Positions 52,620-64,000 of a stretch of 64,000 bases of DNA are shown piece after piece. A model generated the notes under the pieces. The model ran no database searches. It saw nothing but the letters and a program-made list of their open reading frames with translations, and had not been told where the DNA came from. Position numbers and translations under genes: made by a program. Source of the DNA: Macrostomum lignano (lineage: Eukaryota); the NCBI GenBank assembly GCA_002269645.1, contig NIVC01001267.1, positions 200,165 through 264,164 of the forward strand, read 5' to 3'. Within the stretch, counting starts at the first letter, position 1. Each line of letters opens with the position of its first letter.

Positions 52620-53214
52620 TACCAGCCAATGAAATGACGCTCACCGCTCCCCCCGGTCAGATAGCGGGCCAATGGGCTAAGATTTTTTGTTGATCTCGGC
52701 TCCATGCAGGAAGCTGAATAAAGTGGTGACCCGTCTCCCAGAAAATTGCTAATTTCCTCTCAGCCCCGAAGCCCGCCAAGTCCGGAAAGCAGTCCGCCAA
52801 TAAAAATTTCTGCGGCCTCCATCGTTCATATTTTAATATCGAGATAATCTCTTCTTTCGCAGCCGCAACAATAGGGTGTCAGGTAAATTGGCGGCATTTT
52901 AATAACCTCTGCCAATTCGTCAAGGTCCCCGTCAAGACTAGATAAAGAAAAGCACAAATTAAACCATTAAGTTACAATAGCAGCCCGCGCTATTGAAGTC
53001 AGAGTTGAGTTATAGAAAAAATATACTGCTCAAAAGATTTTTGACGAGCTCAACAGCCCCCGCGCTGCGGCGTGAGTCAGTTTTGGAATATAAATTGCGG
53101 AAGTAGCGCCTTAATTCCTTTTCCACGACAGGCCGCCCAGCCAATAAATTCCCCCCACCCCAATACGAAGCAGCCCAGAGTCTTCTTATTAAAGAGGAGC
53201 TTCTCTCTGCTCAG
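52620..53214 (+). promoter_or_regulatory. Putative Msx promoter / 5' UTR region
   Basis: CpG-containing and repeat-free, with several GCCAAT boxes (~52625, 52668, 52797, 52912), TATAAA at ~53089, a donor-like GTGAGT at ~53073 and a strong acceptor ending at 53214. Confidence 0.35.
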
Positions 53215-53223
53215 GTGTACTCC

Positions 53224-56518
<3,295 letters not shown>

Positions 56519-57474
56519 GAAAATTTTCGAATAAATGACTGCTTATTGAATTTTTAATCCCTAACTAACGTGAAAATTTTAATTAAAAATATTATATCCA
56601 ACCAATATTCAATCCTTGCTCCCACGTATAAACATCTTCAGAAACGTGACGCGATAGAATTTTTAAATAATTTTATTCAAATTTGTACAATTTTGCAGAA
56701 TTATAACACAAGCATGGCAAAAAACTATAGTTTATAGTAGTTGTATACAGTTTAAGACAAAAGTTTATGAGCCGCTTTGCTCGGTTAAGAGTTTTAATCT
56801 GTAAAATTATTTTTAATTTGATCGATTAAATCAGAAAGATAAATAAAAACTAACAAATAGATTTAATATATTTATATCGTAGCTAAGTATAAGTAAAATC
56901 TTCATCAATCATCAATATAAGCAAATAGAAGATAATAACTTATTTTTAATTGTTCAGTTTAACAAAACAAAAGAAGAAAATGACAAACAAAAGAAGTTCA
57001 GGTTAATCAAAATTTAAATTTACAGTTGGTTCCAGCTTTTTAAACCAAAACATATTTCCCATGACTTTTGAAGATTTCTTTAACATTTCGCGTTTTTATT
57101 ATTTATTTTTTTGCATCAACTCAACTAGAAATGAAACCGACATGCTGTCCCCTTGTCCAATTTGTTCCATTATATTTAATTATCGTGACGATAAATATGC
57201 CGTTCCTTCCAAACTATTTATAAATTTGTTGCATCTGTACGTCTGCTTTCCGTTTTCGATTTGTTGTTTGCCGTTATAATAAATGTTTTGTGTATAAATT
57301 TACATTTGGTAACACGAATATATAAAAATAATAAAATGTTTTAATTCGACTTGAAACTAATTATTGTGTAGAGTGCTTATTTGAACTGTACGTTATATAC
57401 ATATAGGGGCATTAAAATTCATTTGCCTGTTTCTGCTGATTCCCCGTATGGTGGACATCAAAACCTGCAGGGCG

Positions 57475-58535
57475 TAAAATGTCTACTTTTGGCTACTAGA
57501 AGAAATATCCGCTTTTTCGCTCAAACTCCACTGTAGCAACCGAAATGTCCACTTTGGCACCGAGATGTCCACTTTTGGCTACTAGAAGAAATATCCGCTT
57601 TTTCGCTCAAACTCCACTGTAGCAACCGAAATGTCCACTTTGGCACCGAGATGTCCACTTTGGCTACCGAAATGTCCACTTTGGCTACCGAAATGTCCAC
57701 TTTGGCTACGGAGATGTCCACTTTGGCTACGGAGATGTCCACTTTGGCTACCAAAATGTCCACTTTGGCTACGGAGATGTCCACTTTGGCTACGGAGATG
57801 TCCACTTTGGCTACCGAAATGTCCACTTTGGCTACCGAAATGTCCACTTTGGCTACCAAAATGTCCACTTTGGCTACGGAGACGTCCACTTTGGCTACCG
57901 AAATGTCCACTTTGGCTACCGAAATGTCCACTTTGGCTACCGAAATGTCCACTTTGGCTACCGAAATTTCTACTTTGGCTACCGAAATGTCCACTTTGGC
58001 TACCGAAATTTCCACTTTGGCTACCGAAATGTCCACTTTGGCTACCGAAATGTCCACTTTGGCTACCGAAATGTCCACTTTGGCACCGAAATGTCCACTT
58101 TGGCACCGAAATGTCCACTTTGACTACCGAAATGTCCACTTTGGCTACCGAAATGTCCACTTTAGCTGCCGAAATGTCCACTTTGGCTACCGAGATGTCC
58201 ACTTTGGCTACCGAAATGTCCACTTTAGCTGCCGAAATGTCCACTTTGGCTACCGAGATGTCCACTTTGGCTACCGAAATGTTCACTTTGGCTGCCGAAA
58301 TGTCCACTTTAGCTGCCGAAATGTCCACTTTGGCTACCGAGATGTCCACTTTGGCACCGAGATGTCCACTTTGGCTACGGAGATGTCCATTTTGGCTACC
58401 GAAATGTCCACTTTGGCTGCCGAAATGTCCACTTTGGCTACCGAGATGTCCACTTTGGCTGCCGAAATGTCCACTTTGGCACCGAAATGTCCACTTTGGC
58501 ACCCGAATTTCCATTTTCCGCCTAAAATGTCCACT
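57475..58535. repeat. 21-bp minisatellite with an ~87-bp duplicated left flank
   Basis: Unit CCGAAATGTCCACTTTGGCTA. Confidence 0.96.
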
Positions 58536-59049
58536 TAGTATCAGTCGTCTACACCGGCGACAGTAAAAGTCGATGTCGATCAACGAGACCCCACCGATCG
58601 GCCACTGGGGAGCACCTGACTTCTGCTGCGAAACCAATTATTATTTGCCTCAGTGGGTCCCTCCTGTTGATGAAAATCACTCGCCGGATCGCACCTCGTC
58701 CACTCCGAGTAAACCCCCCCTTCCCAGCCCCAGGGGAACCGGGGACTCGAACTGCTATAACAGTGTGAGATAAGAAAACTCCTCGCTATAGCAGTCCCAG
58801 TGGCCCGTGTTCTCAAAAGTTAATTACTATACTAACTCTTTAGAGCTATGTTTTATTCGATAACCACGAGGCCGCAGTCTCTGGGGAGACATGGAGCCGT
58901 GCAGCACCGTTTTGGGGGTTTCAGCAGCATTGCCCGATGGGCGAACACTTATTGCCAATGCTAAACAAATTTAACAGAGGCGCGGGGTAACTGTCACTGC
59001 GTTCGACAGAATTGAAACTGGCGCGGCTCTCCAAGCCTTAAGTCTCCTT

Positions 59050-61480
59050 GCTACCCCTCTCTATATACCTCTCTCTACCTCTCCTCCCTTTCCTCTACCT
59101 CTCTCTGCCTCTCCTCCCTTCCCTCTACCTCTCTCTGCCTCTCCTCCCTTCCCTCTACCTCTCTCTACCTCTCCTCCCTTCCCTCTACCTCTCTCTGCCT
59201 CTCCTCCCTTCCCTCTACCTCTCTCTGCCTCTCCTCCCTTCCCTCTACCTCTCTCTACCTCTCCTCCCTTCCCTCTACCTCTATCTACCTCTCCTCCCTT
59301 CCCTCTACCTCTCTCTGCCTCTCCTCCCTTCCCTCTACCTCTCTCTGCCTCTCCTCCCTTCCCTCTACCTCTCTCTACCTCTCCTCCCTTCCCTCTACCT
59401 CTCTCTGCCTCTCCTCCCTTCCTTCTACCTCTCTCTACCTCTCCTTCCTTCCCTCTACCTCTCTCTGCCTCTCCTCCCTTCCCTCTACCTCTCTCTACCT
59501 CTCCTCCCTTCCCTCTACCTCTCTCTGCCTCTCCTCCCTTCCCTCTACCTCTCTTTGCCTCTCTCTACCTCTCCTCCCTTCCCTCTACCTCTCTTTGCCT
59601 CTCTCTACCTCTCCTCCCTTCCCTCTACCTCTCTCTGCCTCTCCTCCCTTCCCTCTACCTCTCTCTCTGCCTCTCCTCCCTTCCCTCTACCTCTCTCTAC
59701 CTCTCCTCCCTTCCCTCTACCTCTCTCTGCCTCTCCTCCCTTCCCTCTACCTCTCTCTGCCTCTCCTCCCTTCCCTCTACCTCTCTCTACCTCTCCTCCC
59801 TTCCCTCTACCTCTCTCTGCCTCTCCTCCCTTCCCTCTACCTCTCTCTACCTCTCCTCCCTTCCCTCTACCTCTCTTAGCCTCTCTATATACCTCTCTCT
59901 ACCTCTCCTCCCTTCCCTCTACCTCTCTTTGCCTCTCTATATATCTCTCTCTACCTCTCCTCCCTTCCCTCTACCTCTCTTTGCCTCTCTATATATCTCT
60001 CTCTACCTCTCCTCCCTTCCCTCTACCTCTCTCTACCTCTCCTCCCTTCCCTCTACCTCTCTTTGCCTCTCTATATACCTCTCCTCCCTTCCCTCTACCT
60101 CTCTTTGCCTCTCTATATACCTCTCCTCCCTTCCCTCTACCTCTCTCTGCCTCTCCTCCCTTCCCTCTACCTCTCTCTGCCTCTCCTCCCTTCCCTCTAC
60201 CTCTCTCTACCTCTCCTCCCTTCCCTCTACCTCTCTCTGCCTCTCCTCCCTTCCCTCTACCTCTCTCTGCCTCTCCTCCCTTCCCTCTACCTCTCTCTAC
60301 CTCTCCTCCCTTCCCTCTACCTCTCTCTGCCTCTCCTCCCTTCCCTCTACCTCTCTTTGCCTCTCTCTACCTCTCCTCCCTTCCCTCTACCTCTCTTTGC
60401 CTCTCTCTACCTCTCCTCCCTTCCCTCTACCTCTCTCTGCCTCTCCTCCCTTCCCTCTACCTCTCTCTGCCTCTCCTCCCTTCCTCTACCTCTCTCTACC
60501 TCTCCTCCCTTCCCTCTACCTCTCTCTGCCTCTCCTCCCTTCCCTCTACCTCTCTCTACCTCTCCTTCCTTCCCTCTACCTCTCTTTGCCTCTCTCTACC
60601 TCTCCTCCCTTCCCTCTACCTCTCTTTGCCTCTCTCTACCTCTCCTCCCTTCCCTCTACCTCTCTCTGCCTCTCCTCCCTTCCCTCTACCTCTCTCTACC
60701 TCTCCTCCCTTCCCTCTACCTCTCTCTGCCTCTCCTCCCTTCCCTCTACCTCTCTCTACCTCTCCTCCCTTCCCTCTACCTCTCTCTGCCTCTCCTCCCT
60801 TCCCTCTACCTCTCTCTACCTCTCCTCCCTTCCCTCTACCTCTCTCTGCCTCTCCTCCCTTCCCTCTACCTCTCTCTACCTCTCCTCCCTTCCCTCTACC
60901 TCTCTCTGCCTCTCCTCCCTTCCCTCTACCTCTCTCTACCTCTCCTCCCTTCCCTCTACCTCTCTCTGCCTCTCCTCCCTTCCCTCTACCTCTCTCTGCC
61001 TCTCCTCCCTTCCCTCTACCTCTCTCTGCCTCTCCTCCCTTCCCTCTACCTCTCTCTACCTCTCCTCCCTTCCCTCTACCTCTCTCTGCCTCTCCTCCCT
61101 TCCCTCTACCTCTCTTTGCCTCTCTATATATCTCTCTCTACCTCTCCTCCCTTCCCTCTACCTCTCTTTGCCTCTCTATATATCTCTCTCTACCTCTCCT
61201 CCCTTCCCTCTACCTCTCTCTACCTCTCCTCCCTTCCCTCTACCTCTCTTTGCCTCTCTATATACCTCTCCTCCCTTCCCTCTACCTCTCTTTGCCTCTC
61301 TATATACCTCTCCTCCCTTCCCTCTACCTCTCTTTGCCTCTCTATATACCTCTCCTCCCTTCCCTCTACCTCTCTTTGCCTCTCTTTACCTCATCACCTT
61401 TCCCTGTACCTCTCTTTACCTCTCTCTACCTCTGCGCTTCCCTCCACCTCTCTGTCTACCTCTCACCCTCCATCCCTCTC
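59050..61480. repeat. ~30-bp polypyrimidine minisatellite, 2.4 kb
   Basis: Unit CTCTCT(A/G)CCTCTCCTCCCTTCCCTCTACCT. Confidence 0.97.
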
Positions 61481-61859
61481 TGTCTGCTGAAATACATTCT
61501 GATGATGAAGGCCCGACAGGATTTTCCCAGAAATTTCACCCCAGTAGTATCACCCAATTAGGTACTCTACATATTTGTAAATTTCCTTTTCAAGTCAATT
61601 TGAGAATGCTGTTTGAGAAAAGAATCCTAGCCAATATTCTAACTGTAGCAGTCCATGGCATCGGCCTGACTGGCAGCCAACTAATCAGCGAGTGTTCAAG
61701 CGTTTCACAGCCCCGGCTTGCTTATCGGGTTGATAAATTTGGCCAATTTTGTTTAATTTCATTTTTCCTGGAGCTCTCGGCCGGTAGAGACTGCCACTTT
61801 TTCTAGGAGAGTTACGCTGCCACCTCTCTCGTTGAATGAACGAAAACTGGTGCAAAAGG

Positions 61860-62690
61860 CAGAGACATACCCAGAGACATATTAGAGACATTACAGGGAC
61901 ATGCCCAGAGACACACCCAGAGACATATTAGAGACATTACAGGGACATGCCCAGAGACACACCCAGAGACATATTAGAGACATGCCAGGGACATGCCCAG
62001 AGACACACCAGAGACATACTAGAGACATGCCAGGGACATGCCCAGAGACACACCCAGAGACATATTAGAGACATACAGGGACATGCCCAGAGACACACCC
62101 AGAGACATATTAGAGACATGCCAGGGACATGCCCAGAGACACACCCAGAGACATATCTAGAGACATTTAGAGACATATCCAGAGACAAATACCCAAAGAC
62201 ATATCTAGAGACACACCCAGAGACAAATACCAGAGACATGTCTAGAGACACACCCAGAGACAAATACCCAGAGACATATCTAGAGACACACCAGAGACAA
62301 ATACCCAGAGACATATCTAGAGACACACCCAGAGACAAATACCCAGAGACATATCTAGAGACACACCCAGAGACAAATACCCAGAGACATATCTAGAGAC
62401 ACACCCAGAGACAAATACCCCAAGTCATATCTAGAGACACACCCAGAGACAAATACCCAGAGACATATCTAAAGACACACCCAGAGACAAATACCCCGAG
62501 TCATATCTAGAGACACACCCAGAGACAAATACCCCGAGTCATATCTAGAGACCCACCCAGAGACAAATACGTACTCAGAGACATACCCAGAGACATACCC
62601 AGAGACATACCCAGAGACATATTAGAGACAGACCCAGAGACACACATGTATTAGAAACATACCCAGAGATAAACCTAGAGACATACCCAG
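61860..62690. repeat. Composite AGAGACA-core minisatellite
   Basis: CCCAGAGACATAT(T/C)TAGAGACA... variants in two sub-arrays. Confidence 0.9.
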
Positions 62691-63327
62691 ACACATGCAC
62701 ATCTATGACAAAGCATGTACAGACTAAAGCATGCATGTCGTACATCGAAACATACTTAGACATGTAGAGATTATGGACATCATTGCTCATGGCTGATCAT
62801 TTTGCATCAAACAATAATTGAAACACATTCATTGGCACAAGCCAATGCTAAGTGATTGGAAGTGAAGGAAGACCACTTACATGTAAGTGAAGGTACCCTG
62901 AGCCACTTGGAATATTTCTTAGCATTAGCTGCAGTACAGGAGGCTTTCGTTAAAACAAACAAATTAAATCATTTTTTCAAGACCAATGATTTAGGTTATA
63001 TTGTATAAACAATTTTTAAAACAGCACGTTACATTTTAGCCACGCAACTGGTTCAATAGCGTCCCTTACCCCTATAGGTTTCAATATTTCCCATCATCCC
63101 CACTTTGTCAGGGAGGGGAGCTGAACAGACAATATGGTAAGCCAACTGCACCCATCGCGGTAGGTCTTGCCGTTAATACCCTCTTCGCATCCTATACCGG
63201 CCCAGCTTCGAACGTTGAAAGCTTTGTGAAAAGGTTAATATTCAGGCAGACTAACTGGTATGCTGTTCATGGAGTACTAAAGCTCCTATTTATAGAGTTT
63301 GGCAAGGCGGCAATGCCTTATGTCATG

Positions 63328-63740
63328 AGGGAATTGCTGAGATGACTAGGCTTACCGGAGAGAATTGCTGAGATGTCAAGGCTTACTGGGGGGAATTGCT
63401 GAGATGTCAAGGCTTACTGGGGGGAATTGCTGAGATGTCGAGGCTTACCGGGGGGAATTGCTGAGATGTCGAGGCTTACCGGAGAGAATTGCTGAGATGT
63501 CAAGGCTTACTGGGGGGAATTGCTGAGATGTCAAGGCTTACTGGGGGGAATCGCTGAGATGTAAAGGCTTACCGGAGAGAATTGCTGAGATGTCAAGGCT
63601 TACCGGGGAGAATCGCTGAGATGTCAAGGCTTACCGGAGAGAATTGCTGAGATGTCAAGGCTTACCGGAGAGAATTGCTGAGATGTCAAGGCTTACGGGG
63701 GGAATTACTGAGATGTCGAGGCTTACGGGGGATTGTTTAG
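63328..63740. repeat. 30-bp minisatellite (same family as 51135-52020)
   Basis: Unit G(G/A)GAATTGCTGAGATGTCAAGGCTTAC(T/C)GG(G/A). Confidence 0.95.
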
Positions 63741-64000
63741 ATGTTGACGCTGAATGCCATAGTTGAGCAATAAAGCTCCTACAGTGTATATACGGCAAAG
63801 TAATTTGGTAATTTGGCAAGGCGGAACTGCTGTTCATGGATTACTAAAGCTCCTTGTATATAGAATTTGGTTAGTTATTCGTGATCCAAAAAAATGTTTT
63901 GCTAGCTGAAACAATGCTTGGAAAAATCAATTAGAGAATATATTATAATATGCATATAAATAGTTTTCAAAATGTCATTATAAAAAGCCTCATACCAGAT

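Noticed and set aside
58573-58816. Short ORFs on both strands after the 21-bp array
   Set aside because: No recognisable homology or convincing splice partners. Could be noncoding regulatory DNA near Msx.
59048-61806. 837-, 625- and 475-aa L/S/P ORFs
   Set aside because: A pyrimidine tract can hardly contain stop codons, so these are artefacts.

Overview
Eukaryotic (animal) genomic DNA with GT-AG introns, GC-rich exons, AT-rich spacers and a very high density of minisatellites. This style suggests a free-living flatworm such as Macrostomum, which is an inference and not proven. Seven genes lie in a row on the minus strand: a small protein ending in an Hsp70-lid-like domain, a frameshifted class A GPCR, golgin GCC1/GCC88, TIM17, Rab9, Acinus (ACIN1) and a GADD45/L7Ae-family gene. 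One plus-strand Msx homeobox gene follows. Almost every longer intron is filled by its own tandem array, and most long ORFs in the supplied track are read-throughs of these arrays. At least eight short TIR elements (MITEs) are present, most with 8-bp TSDs. Best leads: (1) Rab9 has no genomic start codon, only a phase-0 splice acceptor, which fits initiation on a flatworm spliced-leader AUG within an operon-like run. (2) An orphan protein carries only the Hsp70 lid. (3) The same minisatellite units recur at distant loci, in one case inside MITEs with different TIRs. (4) A 24-bp array lies between a tRNA-like head and a LINE-endonuclease-like motif. All gene models were assembled by eye and no database searches were run.
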